Below, one piece after another: positions 38,601-45,603 of a stretch of 64,000 nucleotides of DNA. The translations under genes were made by a program, and so were the position numbers. Within the stretch, counting starts at the first letter, position 1. Each line of letters opens with the position of its first letter. The stretch covers positions 15,654 through 79,653 of the forward strand of contig CP064968.1 in the NCBI GenBank assembly GCA_016699245.1, in the 5' to 3' direction. This stretch comes from Candidatus Kaiserbacteria bacterium. GTDB lineage: Bacteria; Patescibacteriota; Minisyncoccia; Phycocordibacterales; UBA918. Under the pieces are notes generated by a model. The model was not told the DNA's origin. It saw only the letters and a list, made by a program, of their open reading frames with translations, and did not search any database.

Positions 38601-39377
38601 CGCAACTATGTACTCGTAGGCTCCGTAGACAATGTACGCGTGACCGAGGGCTTCACACTCAACCTGAGTGCCATCGACGTAGCACTCACCGGAGACACCA
38701 CCGGTCTCACCACGCTCCTCAGCACGCTCTCTGGTGTACAACACATGAGAGGGGGCGGTGGTGGCAGTAGTGGTGGCGGAGTACACGCCGGTATTGGGGG
38801 TGCACCTCCAGCGGGTGACGGAATACGTGGCGGTGGCGGAGGTGGTGGAGGAGGTGGCGTCGACCCCGACAGTGGCACCCCGATAGGCAATGAACCCGGC
38901 TTCAATGCACCAAGTGGGCAGGGTAGCCCACAGGGTGGATGGACGAATGGTACGAATGTATACACCTCAAATGGTGTGTACACGACGACGAGTGGCAATG
39001 GCTCGCGCCATACCTTCACCACCTTTGGATTTGATGTACCACTCAACAACACCATAGTGGGTGTTGAGGTAAAGGTAGAGGCATCGGGCAGTACGGCAGC
39101 AGGGACTATCTCAATAGGGCTCTCCTGGAATAACGGCTCAACACTCACCTCACTGAAGACCACGAGCACCCTCGGACTCACCGACACGGTGTTCGTTCTC
39201 GGAGGATCATCGGACAATTGGGGTCGCACCTGGACTCCCCTCGAATTCGCAAACGGTAGTTTTGCAATTGAAATTATTGGCAATACCTCTGCAAACACCC
39301 TCTCTGTGGATGCCATACAAGCAAAGGTATACCACCAAGCCACGGGCGGTGGCGGTGGTGGTGGCGGGGCGATTTAG
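29655..39377 (+). CDS. Giant secreted repeat protein, 3' segment (about 3240 aa) with two LamG/concanavalin-like domains, propeller-like repeats and a Gly-rich tail
   Basis: The frame of the 29925 (GTG) ORF is homologous and open back to 29655, directly after the G-tract. Contents: YRCLLSTGCD repeats x8; FN3-like modules x6; LamG_3-like domains at 33140-33780 and 36660-37330 (LVGKWMFEEGSGTT..D.SG.GNTGTL...TDY..I...I...ITIA.W.K....W.HVA...........LYV.G........IYNR.LTA.EI..LYNE); eight tandem 40-aa VWTSRTAA..N.W.SVTYGNGLFVAV.G.G...DRVMTSPDGI.WT repeats (34150-35050); a ~3.5-kb internal duplication; Gly-rich C-terminus. Stop TAG at 39375. Confidence 0.8.
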   Translation, partial: TILGSFSTFTTATDTPEANIKALTVDSVNGVLYAGSGGSGIIYRCLLSTGCDSTGDFVIAYDTTHSNISSLAIASSTLFVNGFTSTDNTVVYRCLLSTGCDASGDFTTAWTPSSPQSSRTLVADSVNNILYMGGQDNSDQFTIYRCALSSGCDFQTDFTTAYAPAAQIDVHSLTIASSTLYAGSGNGGNIYRCLLSTGCDADVDFTLAYNTTESQIYSLTSDSANGVLYVGTSPNGIIYRCLLTTGCDASGDFTTATDTPQTDIYALTISSSTLYAGTGANGVIYQCLTSTGCDSTNDFTTATDTPATTINALVIDFANSSIYAGSGATGIIYKTSIGSAYPITERGTCWGTSPNPVTNCLATSGTSTGAFTHARTGLPQATLIYARAYVTYASGTAYSADVSTTTLGVAAPTLSSGANQAFFYGQATTTISTITITDTPGGLVTAANDIRIRIASTSLTMKWDTTDTTATFGGTASAKVSNPVSYENNGTTLVIPVDTNFGTGDTLTIDGLSFSQFLGVSTATIGLNIYLAGASDAVSDDADDKTMSISSTTPTVTTPTTTAIGLNSATLGATITSDGGGTLSARGTCWGTSASPVTNCTAEGGTGTGVFTQARTGMATGTLYYYRGYATNASGTTYSADGTFSTNAVPVLTTPTATAVGSSTATLGATLVSTGTNTINARGTCWDTNSSPTINCLAEGGTGTGAFTQARTGLTAGTLYYYRGYTTYTDGASVTRTAYSADGTFVSSTTPTLTTPTVTAVSFTTATFGANITSDGGAPLSARGTCWGTSASPVTNCLAEGGTGTGVFTQARTGLPQGTLIYARAYATNAYGTSYSADISTTTSISTSDLIISGTLYSDEGVTTINGGKTIALAIGTTTPSVHTTTSNGSGVWTATIPTGHTIGTSTPILAWVDNDGTTRAALLTKATSTSNISGLSLYKDRVIVSHEATSGTSTTLTDMSFYDNDNDSDIQYNATTTSAGLVLNAGNELHIQTGKSFTPLGAVTIQGNAGTGTDGSLHLPASSIYTAGGTTTLAGNFTASSSATFTPGTHTLTFNATTTGKSIDVPLATLGNTTFNGAGGAWAFASAATTSALTITAGTLTAPATSLTILGNYQNSGTFTHNNATVTIASTTAAQGIMGTATGTSAFSTLRIIGATTTAPTSGLVGKWMFEEGSGTTVRDASGGGNTGTLNGTPSWISENRGKAISLNGTTDYVAIPNLIQTHRSDITIATWFKTTTTGVIAGYQAGMVGSGPSSYVPAIYIGTDNKIYAQLWDGATHPITTSGTYTDGAWHHVALAVSGGNSQSLYVDGSFVGILSNAITDFGATYSQFGAGYTTGWTNASGGLTYFAGSLDDNRIYNRALTANEISDLYNERPKVFSQNASTTNLIIESGVVSAPPSLSIAGDYQNAGAFLANAGTTTFNGTTTFSGVSAQTLGGTMTGASAFGNVEFTGGGLKSFATTTTNASTSNFMVDAGATVVAPENLSVSGQYTNNGTSSNPGGKVWTSRTAAAYNIWQSVTYGNGLFVAVSGTGAGTINDRVMTSPDGITWTPRTAATNNYWYSVTYGNGLFVAVAGSGTISDKVMTSPDGITWTPRTAAADNTWRSVTYGNGVFVAVSGTGAGTINDRVMTSPDGITWTPRTAAANNSWWSVTYGNGLFVAVAETGTINDRVMTSPDGINWTAQTAAANNNWVSVTYGNGLFVAVAFSGTINDRVMTSPDGITWTPRTVVANNTWVSVTYGNGLFVAVSGTGAGTVNNRVMTSPDGINWTAQTAAANNEWVSVTYGNGLFVAVAYSGFNRVMTSAVGTTTFSGVSAQTLNGTMTGASAFGNVAFTNTSATTTFASNASTSNFTTASNTIVVAPSSLSLSGDYTNNGRFVAGTGTTTFNGNTTQTATGTMTGTSAFSNLTITNSVASTTFVTPLTVSGKFTATTPGTIIILSSQGTTTFATAGIIGSSTESITLRATTPGTQAPLDIEGTYTLSYINVKDSNACDNAIALSGTGLTDSGNNTCWTFASGSVIVLSGILYSDEGTTPITAPKTLGIMVGTSTLSLHSTTSAASGAWSFTVPAGHTIVQGTPILVWVDNDGSTRASLVTKADSSSADISGLNLYQNRVIVSHEGAEAITLLAMTRYNNSDDADIQFEAVDAEGYIGQIFSGNKLYINAGKTFSPDGELTIGANASSSSVDGALHIASGATYKQMMPNNNWTYIGGSLTASSTATIINNGTFQFTASTTGKSINATQPLGKVTFANTASMSFATSATTTNLTINAGASVVAPASTLTILGDYTNNGTFTHNGGTILFASTTQAQFLRGTLSGTSAFGTLSSVGNTTTSPSGLIGKWNLDEGSGTEAYDSSGNGNTGTLTNGPTWKAGKVGQAVDLGGDDDYINVGSPASLDDVTQKTITAWINPVTLGDSDYGRIADKDAGTATGWLFYVSNGDNVSSLRFGHYFAGGLGFWNTGNNTITTGGNTWQHVAVTYDNSSASNDPVFYINGVLSPLAFDTNNSGAANSDAAHNLWFGDRAGNDRSFNGDMDDIRMYNRILTAGEIATIYNERPKFINANASTTNLSIDSGVVALSSTSLSIAGNYTNSGTLAVTGTTTFNGNTTQTATGTMTGSSAFKNVEILNTSAPTIFGAPFAVTGHFKATSPSISMKFAENATTSLNTATLYGTSGNKVQLRSTTEGTRFGIEISGAYDISYVDVKDSSGSTTLGNITATTSVDSGNNNRWTFIADPVPSLSSASNQSFYYSEPTTTISTLTITDTPGGLVTATNDIRIRIASTSLTMKWDTTDTTATFGGTASGKVSNPVSYENNGTTLVIPVSNDFSAADTLTVDGLSFTQFLGVSTATTGLNIYLGGASDAVSDDADDKTMSISGLGTLLNHTSGQVSDNINSTTETGIPLFAFNLSSVGENSTISNLTLRITGANGVSTGDLSNFALYRDNNNSKTFDAGDTAVGGSPSVTLTGDNGTVTFSTPFSATSTARNYVLVGSVDNVRVTEGFTLNLSAIDVALTGDTTGLTTLLSTLSGVQHMRGGGGGSSGGGVHAGIGGAPPAGDGIRGGGGGGGGGGVDPDSGTPIGNEPGFNAPSGQGSPQGGWTNGTNVYTSNGVYTTTSGNGSRHTFTTFGFDVPLNNTIVGVEVKVEASGSTAAGTISIGLSWNNGSTLTSLKTTSTLGLTDTVFVLGGSSDNWGRTWTPLEFANGSFAIEIIGNTSANTLSVDAIQAKVYHQATGGGGGGGGAI

Positions 39378-39400
39378 AAAAGAGAAATAAAATTGATAAA

Positions 39401-39435
39401 ATGACGGACATCGGATGTCCGTCATTGTCCGTCAT
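39401..39435. repeat. REP-like palindrome copy 2 (plus 10-bp partial tandem duplication TGTCCGTCAT)
   Basis: ATGACGGACATCGGATGTCCGTCAT-TGTCCGTCAT, 24 bp after the giant-gene stop and downstream of the RAYT gene end. Confidence 0.7.
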
Positions 39436-39463
39436 TTTTGTATGCTTCACACGCGCACACGCA

Positions 39464-40138
39464 TTACTCAAGGGTTACACCATCAAGGTGAAGTATGTTA
39501 AATTTTTTGAGGTGCGACTGAAATGCTTTTGTATAGCCTGCTGAGCCTCCAAAATATTTGAGAAAAAATGTTCGGTCAGTAACTGAACCAAAATTACTTT
39601 TGCCACTGTAGTCGAGATGACTACTCCATTTGTATTTTGAAAGTAATTCCTCGACGTGTTGTGCAGAAGGAATTTCTCCCTCGCGCCATTTTGGTGTGGT
39701 GAGGTCAAGTGGATTGAGGTGAATATAAAAGGGGAGATACATGAAGTGTGCATCTGAGGTGATACGTATGGATTTGTACTTACCTTGAAAGAGTCCACCA
39801 GAGCGTTCATATCGCTCATTAAAATACTTTGCGTACCCCATATTTATCTTTTTCATAAAGAGAGACACCCCACCTTCAACGAGAGGGGAGAGCATGAGGT
39901 GGTAGTGGTTTGGCATGAGACAAAAGAAGTGTATCTGCACCAGCCGTTCACCTTCACCTGCTAATGACGGACATCGGATGTCCGTCATTTTTGTGTTTCG
40001 TCGATGGTTGGTGTCGCTTCTTCCTTGAACGTTAAACGTATATAAATCATGAATAAATCTGGCATAATCCCTTGAATCAAGGAATATCGTACGCTTCTCA
40101 ACTCCTCTGTTGAGTACGTGAAAAAACTCTGTATGCAT
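39464..40138 (-). mobile_element. REP-associated tyrosine transposase (RAYT; IS200/IS605-like Y1 HuH transposase) gene
   Basis: 224 aa with FFHVLNRGVEKRTIF, the HuH motif (LMPNHYHLML), the catalytic-Tyr region (GLFQGKYKSIRI) and YIHLNP...WSSH, all matching the RayT/COG1943 pattern. The gene is flanked on both sides by the 25-bp palindrome and carries one copy in-frame inside the ORF. Confidence 0.75.
39964..39988. repeat. REP-like palindrome copy 3, located inside the RAYT coding sequence
   Basis: A perfect ATGACGGACATCGGATGTCCGTCAT copy. On the minus strand it is translated in-frame as ..KMTDIRCPSL.. within a ~25-aa segment absent from typical RAYT homologues (between the FL..L helix and the HuH motif). 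Confidence 0.65.
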
Positions 40139-40150
40139 ACTGATATTCTA

Positions 40151-40186
40151 ACACACATGACGGACATCCGATGTCCGTCATGTGTG
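40151..40186. repeat. REP-like palindrome copy 4 (extended: ACACACATGACGGACATCCGATGTCCGTCATGTGTGT)
   Basis: An extended 37-bp palindrome with one central mismatch, lying exactly between the dnaE stop (40187-40189) and the RAYT start (40138). Confidence 0.65.
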
Positions 40187-43100
40187 TTACTCTTGGGGGA
40201 TGGGGGTGTTCGGGTCGAGGGCTTTTATGCGGTCTATGACAACGGTGGGCTCTTCGTTTCTCATTGAGAGTTTGCCTGAGACTGCTACACAGGAGCCTAC
40301 GACGAATAGGTCGTGGTGCGTTTTGTATGTCTCGGGGAAAGCAACAAGTTCGATAGTCTCGCTTCCGTCTCCAACCAAAATAAAACCCATCTTGTCACCT
40401 TTCTTCGTGAGAATTTCGTGGATGCTTTCCACCATACCTGCGGTCACTATGGGTATGCCATTGCGGGTCTCCTTCTTAATGACACCAATTTTTGGCCGTT
40501 TTGCGAGTTCATCTTTGTATGCATCAAGGGGGTGCCCCGAGACATACACACCGAGTAATTCTTTTTCCCATACGAGTTTCTCTGCTTTACCTGCAGGCTC
40601 TGCTGGCTCCAAGATGAGTGCGTGGATGTCCGCAGTACCAAACGCGCCAAAGAGGGATTCTTGGGAAGATTCTTTGTGACTACTATGTTCCTTGTGATAG
40701 GTAAGCATGGTTTCCACATTGTGAAGAAGCATCCCGCGCTCATGAAAGCGGTCGAATGAGCCCGACATAATAAGTGCCTCAAGTGATTTTTTGTTGAGGT
40801 TTTTGCTTGTGACGCGGGTAAGGAAATCTTGGAGGGATGTGTAGGGGCCATGTTCTTTGCGCTCGTCAATGATGGATTCGGCGATGCCTTCGCCGAAGTT
40901 TTTAATGGTTGTTAGTCCAAAACGTATGCGTGCTTTTTTGTCACGTTGAACAGGCACTACCGAGAAGGGCCCAAAACTTTCGTTGATGTCGGGTGGAAGC
41001 ACTTCGATACCCATGCGCACACACTCTGCGATAATCTCAGATATTTTCTCGGTATCACCCGCATCGGCGGTGAGTACTGCTGACATGTATTCTTCGGGAT
41101 AATTAGCCTTCATGTATGCAGTTTGATAGGCGACACGTCCATAACTTGCTGCATGGGCTTTGTTGAAGCCGTACGCGGCAAATGGCTCAATGAGTTTCCA
41201 CAGTTTGTCTGCAAGCGATGCACTCAATTTTCCATATTCCACAAAGCCTTTGAGGAGCTTTTCTTTCTCCGCCTCCATTACCGCAGGAATCTTTTTACCC
41301 ATCGCTTTACGAAGCATGTCAGCCTCGAGCCACGAGTAGCCCGCGAGTTCTCGTGCAATCATCATGACGTCGTCCTGGTAGGTAATCACCCCGTAGGAAC
41401 GGTCGAGGATTTTTTCCAATCGTGGGTCAAGATAGGAAACGAGATTTGCATTATGCTTCCGCTCAACATACTGCGGAATAGATTCCATCGGCCCAGGGCG
41501 GTAGAGTGCCACCATCGCATTGATGTCGTGAATGGTGGAAGGACGGAGTTGCTTGAGGAATGCAGTCATGCCTGTTCCGTTTAACTGGAATAGTCCCATA
41601 GTCTCACCACGCGCGAGCATCTCGAAGGTTTTGGTGTCAGTGACGGGAATGTTTTCAATATCTACTTCTATGTCACGAATTTTCTCGACGCGCTTCACTG
41701 CGTCTGCAAGTATGGAAAGATTTTTGATACCGAGAAAGTCGAACTTGAGGAGGCCGACACCATCTTCACCTACAGAATGCATCTCGTACTGGGTGATGAG
41801 TTTGCCACTTTTTGGGTCGGGCTGTACGGGTACAAATTCGGTGAGTGGGGCGGGCGCAATCACCACTCCTGCAGCATGCACACCGACATGGCGCACCCGC
41901 CCCTCAATTTGTTTTGCCAAATCAATCACCTCTTTTGTGTCGGGGTCTTTTGCATAGAGGGCTTTGAGATCGGGCTCGATTTCCATCGCATTTTCAATAG
42001 TCATGGGGAAGCCTTGGCTACCCATAGGGATGAGTTTTGCAATACGGTCGCCGATGGCGTACGGGTGGCCAAGGGCACGAGCCACGTCACGTACGGCAGC
42101 GCGTGCCATCATCGTTCCAAAGGTACCAATCTGTGCGACGTTTTCTTCGCCATACTTTTCACGCGCATACGCAATGATTTCGTCTCGTCTGTTGTCGGCG
42201 TAGTCCATGTCGATATCAGGTGCAGAAGGGCGCTCGGGGTTGAGGAAACGTTCAAAGGGAAGATTGTACTCAAGGGGATTTACATTCGTAATCCCGAGCA
42301 CGTACGTGGTGAGCGAGCCCGCCACCGATCCTCGAATGGTGGTGAGGATTTTGCGTTCGCGTGCCTCACGAAGGAGGTCCCCCACAACGAGAAAGTACTT
42401 TGCGTAGCCTTTCATTTTAATAACACCGAGCTCGTAGTCGAGGCGTTCCATAACAGCGTTGTCCTCACGTGAAAGCCCGCGCCACGCAATGCCCGCATAT
42501 GCCATGTCATGGAGTTCGACGTCAGGCTCTTTGCCGCTTTCGATTTTATAGTCAGGGAAATACCATGTCGCACCCGGAGTCATCGTGACGTTACACGCTT
42601 CGGCGATTGTAATGGTGTTTGCGAGTGCCTCCTTTTCCGCCTCACGTACAAAAAGTTCTTGTGCACGTTCACTCGAAATAAACGAGAAGTTTGGCGCAAG
42701 TTCACCTTCCTTGTCCTGTGTCTCTACCACACCACCGCTTTGAATCTTTATCATCGTCTCGCGCGCGAGGTAGTCACGTTGCTCAAGATAGTAGACGTCG
42801 TGTGCAGCGACGAGAGGTGTGTTAGTCCTCTCGGCAAGCGCAAGAATACTTCTTTGGAGGGCTTCGTGGCCGTCTATCTCGGGATGATGGGTAATTTCTA
42901 AATAGCAATCGTCACCAAATATGCTTTTGTACCAATCAAGCGAGGCTTCAGCCTGCTCGATGAAATTGTCCTTGAGTGAAAGTACGGGCTCGCCGCTAAA
43001 TGAGGGAATGATGCAGATGAGGTCTTTGTGAAATTCTTCGATGAGTGCATGGTCGATGCGGGGTTTGTAGTAGAAACCGTTGACGTAGGATTCGGTCACT

Positions 43101-43435
43101 ATCTTGATGAGGTTTTTATACCCCTCATTATTTTTGGCGAGAAAGACCACCCGCCCGCGCGGCTTGTCGATACCGGCATCTTTGTCAAAGCGGGTGCGGG
43201 GTGCAAGATACCCATCGAGACCGATGATAGGCTTTATACCTTCTTTGGTGCACGCCTTATAGAAATTGACGGCACCATAGAGGGCGCCGTTGTCGGTGAG
43301 CGCAAGGGCGTGCATACCATCACGCTTTGCGCGCTGGGCCAACTCTTTTGGCGTCGGTAGGGCATTGAGAAGAGAATAGTGCGAGTGAACGTGGAGGTGG
43401 ATGAAGCCAGATTTTAAAGTCTCTTTTTCTTCCAT
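40187..43435 (-). CDS. dnaE: DNA polymerase III alpha subunit
   Basis: PHP domain start (MEEKETLKSGFIHLHVHSHYSLLN), polymerase core and OB-fold C-terminus. The start is assigned to ATG 43433-43435 because the ORF-track start at 43966 adds 177 non-conserved residues overlapping rnhB on the other strand. Confidence 0.9.
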   Translation of the reverse strand: MEEKETLKSGFIHLHVHSHYSLLNALPTPKELAQRAKRDGMHALALTDNGALYGAVNFYKACTKEGIKPIIGLDGYLAPRTRFDKDAGIDKPRGRVVFLAKNNEGYKNLIKIVTESYVNGFYYKPRIDHALIEEFHKDLICIIPSFSGEPVLSLKDNFIEQAEASLDWYKSIFGDDCYLEITHHPEIDGHEALQRSILALAERTNTPLVAAHDVYYLEQRDYLARETMIKIQSGGVVETQDKEGELAPNFSFISSERAQELFVREAEKEALANTITIAEACNVTMTPGATWYFPDYKIESGKEPDVELHDMAYAGIAWRGLSREDNAVMERLDYELGVIKMKGYAKYFLVVGDLLREARERKILTTIRGSVAGSLTTYVLGITNVNPLEYNLPFERFLNPERPSAPDIDMDYADNRRDEIIAYAREKYGEENVAQIGTFGTMMARAAVRDVARALGHPYAIGDRIAKLIPMGSQGFPMTIENAMEIEPDLKALYAKDPDTKEVIDLAKQIEGRVRHVGVHAAGVVIAPAPLTEFVPVQPDPKSGKLITQYEMHSVGEDGVGLLKFDFLGIKNLSILADAVKRVEKIRDIEVDIENIPVTDTKTFEMLARGETMGLFQLNGTGMTAFLKQLRPSTIHDINAMVALYRPGPMESIPQYVERKHNANLVSYLDPRLEKILDRSYGVITYQDDVMMIARELAGYSWLEADMLRKAMGKKIPAVMEAEKEKLLKGFVEYGKLSASLADKLWKLIEPFAAYGFNKAHAASYGRVAYQTAYMKANYPEEYMSAVLTADAGDTEKISEIIAECVRMGIEVLPPDINESFGPFSVVPVQRDKKARIRFGLTTIKNFGEGIAESIIDERKEHGPYTSLQDFLTRVTSKNLNKKSLEALIMSGSFDRFHERGMLLHNVETMLTYHKEHSSHKESSQESLFGAFGTADIHALILEPAEPAGKAEKLVWEKELLGVYVSGHPLDAYKDELAKRPKIGVIKKETRNGIPIVTAGMVESIHEILTKKGDKMGFILVGDGSETIELVAFPETYKTHHDLFVVGSCVAVSGKLSMRNEEPTVVIDRIKALDPNTPIPQE

Positions 43436-43450
43436 AGTGGGACTATTGTA

Positions 43451-44057
43451 TAGTAGTAGCGTGAAAAAGAGAATCGTACATATTATTGGAGTCGATGAAG
43501 CCGGTAGGGGTCCATTAGCGGGGCCTGTAGCGGTTGGTGCGGTGCTTGTACCCGTAGATTTTAACTGGGCGCATATTCCGGGAGTGGGGGATTCGAAGAA
43601 AGTAAAGGCGGAAAATCGCGAAGCGATTTTCCGCCTTGCCGCACGTCTTCGTAAAGAGGAAGCCCTTAATTTTGCTACCGCACTCATACCCGCATCGACC
43701 ATCGACAAAATCGGTATTACGCACGCGGTACAAAAGGGAATTGTGAAATGTCTGGCGACCCTTGATGCTTCCCCTAAAACCACCATGATTCTTCTCGATG
43801 GACTTCTCCACGCACCCTCTGAATACATACACCAGGAGACTATTATAAAAGGAGATGCAAAAGAGAAGGTTATTGGACTCGCCTCTATTTGTGCGAAGGT
43901 CACACGCGATGCACACATGGTGCGTGTTGCGCGCAAACACCCTGAATATCTCTTTGATATCCACAAAGGCTATGGAACCAAAAAGCATATTGAGGCAATC
44001 CTCACTCATGGCCTCTCCCCAATCCATCGCCGTTCCTTCACCAAGAGATTCCAGTAG
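43451..44057 (+). CDS. rnhB: Ribonuclease HII
   Basis: IIGVDEAGRGPLAGPVAVGAVLV (DEAGRG active-site motif) and ...DSKK... are present. GTG start at 43451, divergent from dnaE. Confidence 0.85.
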
Positions 44058-44174
44058 GAGATACCCCCGGTAGGTCTTACGTGTCTCTGGTGGCAAATAC
44101 CCCCAAAATCCAAGGATTATATACCCTGTCTTTTCTATTGCGTTTTAGAAGATATCTGCTATAGTTCTCCCACT

Positions 44175-44474
44175 ATGGTTATACGAATGCGACATACACG
44201 GGCCCATACAGGGAACCGTCGTTCACACCACGCAATAAAAGCGGAGACACTTTCAAAGTGTACGCACTGTGGTGCTTCACGCCGTCCACATCACATGTGT
44301 CTCGAGTGTGGTTACTATAATGGTCGGCAGGTCATTGACCTCGCTGCCGAAAAGGCGAAGCGCGATGCACGTATCAAGGCAAAGCACGAGCAAATCAAAA
44401 ATGAGCTTGGCTCGTCACCCGAAGTACCCACTCCCGTAGCAGAGACGAAAGAAATTCTTTCAAAAGAGAAATAA
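44175..44474 (+). CDS. rpmF: 50S ribosomal protein L32
   Basis: RHTRAHTGNRRSHHAIK...C.HCG..RRPHHMCLECGYYNGRQV shows the L32 N-terminal motif and zinc-ribbon cysteines, with a Lys/Glu-rich tail. Confidence 0.8.
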   Translation: MVIRMRHTRAHTGNRRSHHAIKAETLSKCTHCGASRRPHHMCLECGYYNGRQVIDLAAEKAKRDARIKAKHEQIKNELGSSPEVPTPVAETKEILSKEK

Positions 44475-44570
44475 CCCAGAGAGAAAAGAATCCACAACGT
44501 CCCCAGAAATGGGGACGTTTCAGTAGGAAAGTCTGATACACTAGTGGGTAGTAACAGTTCATTATTTTTT

Positions 44571-45470
44571 ATGGCAAATCGGCACCTTTCAAGATCAATC
44601 GTTCTTCAATCACTCTTTGAGTGGGATTTAAATAGTATAGAAAAAAGCGCAATGGTGGAGACCCTCATGCGCAACGTCGAAGAATTTGCACCCAACAAGT
44701 CCGATACGCCATTCATGGAGAAGCTTCTTGATGGTGTACTCCAAAAGCAATCTGAGTTAGACCTCATCATCGAGAAGGCTGCACCCGAATGGCCTATCGA
44801 TAGAATCGCTCCTGTAGATCGCAATATTCTCCGTCTCGGTCTCTATGAACTGCTTTTCTCAGACCGCAATGAAGTACCCGCAAAAGTCGCTATCAATGAA
44901 GCCATTGAACTTGCGAAGCAGTTTGGTGGAGACAATTCAAGCCGTTTTGTAAACGGTGTACTTGGTGCCGTATATAAAGAAATCGGGGAGCCAGGCAAGG
45001 AAGAAAGTTCCAAGATTAAAAAGAAACGCGAAATTCCTTTTGAGCAGATGGACATTGAGCGTCTCGCAGGGGCTGTCGTGTATGCAATTCACGAGGGTAC
45101 GATGTACCTGGCCCTCGTCCACGATATCTTTGGTCATTGGACGCTCTCAAAGGGGAAACTTGTTGAAGGTGAAGAAATTGAAGCAGGCACAGCGCGTTCA
45201 ATTAAAGACGAAATAGGTCTCACCGTTGAACTTGAGACCGAACTTGGTAAAAATGAATATGTTGCGTCGCATCCTGAAAAGGGCAAGGTGCGCAAGCAAG
45301 TCGTATACTACCTCGCACGTGCGCCATACGAAAATCTCGCCCTCGAAGAAAAGGGAGGACTCGATGCGGCACAGTGGTTTAAGGTTGCCGATATTCTCGA
45401 ACTTAACTTTTATGAAGATATTTTGCCCATTGTTACCAAGGCAGTCACGGTACTCGTGAGTAGGAAGTAG
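44571..45470 (+). CDS. nusB: NusB transcription antitermination factor fused to a C-terminal NUDIX hydrolase domain
   Basis: NusB core (SRSIVLQSLFEWDL...PIDRIAPVDRNILRLGLYELLF...PAKVAINEAIELAKQFGGDNSSRFVNGVL) followed by a Nudix fold with a Nudix-box-like segment (GKLVEGEEIEAGTARSIKDEIGL). Confidence 0.65.
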   Translation: MANRHLSRSIVLQSLFEWDLNSIEKSAMVETLMRNVEEFAPNKSDTPFMEKLLDGVLQKQSELDLIIEKAAPEWPIDRIAPVDRNILRLGLYELLFSDRNEVPAKVAINEAIELAKQFGGDNSSRFVNGVLGAVYKEIGEPGKEESSKIKKKREIPFEQMDIERLAGAVVYAIHEGTMYLALVHDIFGHWTLSKGKLVEGEEIEAGTARSIKDEIGLTVELETELGKNEYVASHPEKGKVRKQVVYYLARAPYENLALEEKGGLDAAQWFKVADILELNFYEDILPIVTKAVTVLVSRK

Positions 45471-45545
45471 GATGTTGAATAGAAAATAGAAAATAGAAGA
45501 TAGAAGATAGAAAATAGAAAATAGTGAATAGAAAATAGAGCCTGA
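45471..45545. repeat. Tandem heptamer array (ATAGAAA / ATAGAAG units, about 10 copies)
   Basis: GATGTTGAATAGAAAATAGAAAATAGAAGATAGAAGATAGAAAATAGAAAATAGTGAATAGAAAATAGAG. The same units make up the inverted repeats flanking the four-helix-bundle cassette and the spacer after each tRNA-derived unit. Confidence 0.6.
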
Positions 45546-45603
45546 AATACTCTCGATATTACCTGCTATTCCCAATTTTACATATTTCTGCTACCCTACG
45601 CCC

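Noticed and set aside
32000-39400. Numerous 60-320-aa ORFs on the minus strand and alternative plus frames inside the giant gene (e.g. 34146-35105 -, 38606-39343 -)
   Set aside because: These are shadow ORFs produced by GC-rich, stop-poor repetitive coding sequence. Their translations are low-complexity (Gly/Pro/Val/Ala runs) and they are fully contained in the long homologous reading frame.
39475-39819. 114-aa minus-strand ORF overlapping the RAYT gene in another frame
   Set aside because: It is fully nested within the better-supported RAYT frame (HuH and Tyr motifs) and has no motif support of its own.
43436-43966. N-terminal 177-aa extension of the dnaE ORF as given in the ORF track
   Set aside because: The extension has no similarity to DnaE, is hydrophobic/low-complexity, and overlaps rnhB on the opposite strand. 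Conserved DnaE sequence begins at the internal ATG (43433-43435, MEEKETLKSGFIHLHVHSHYS).
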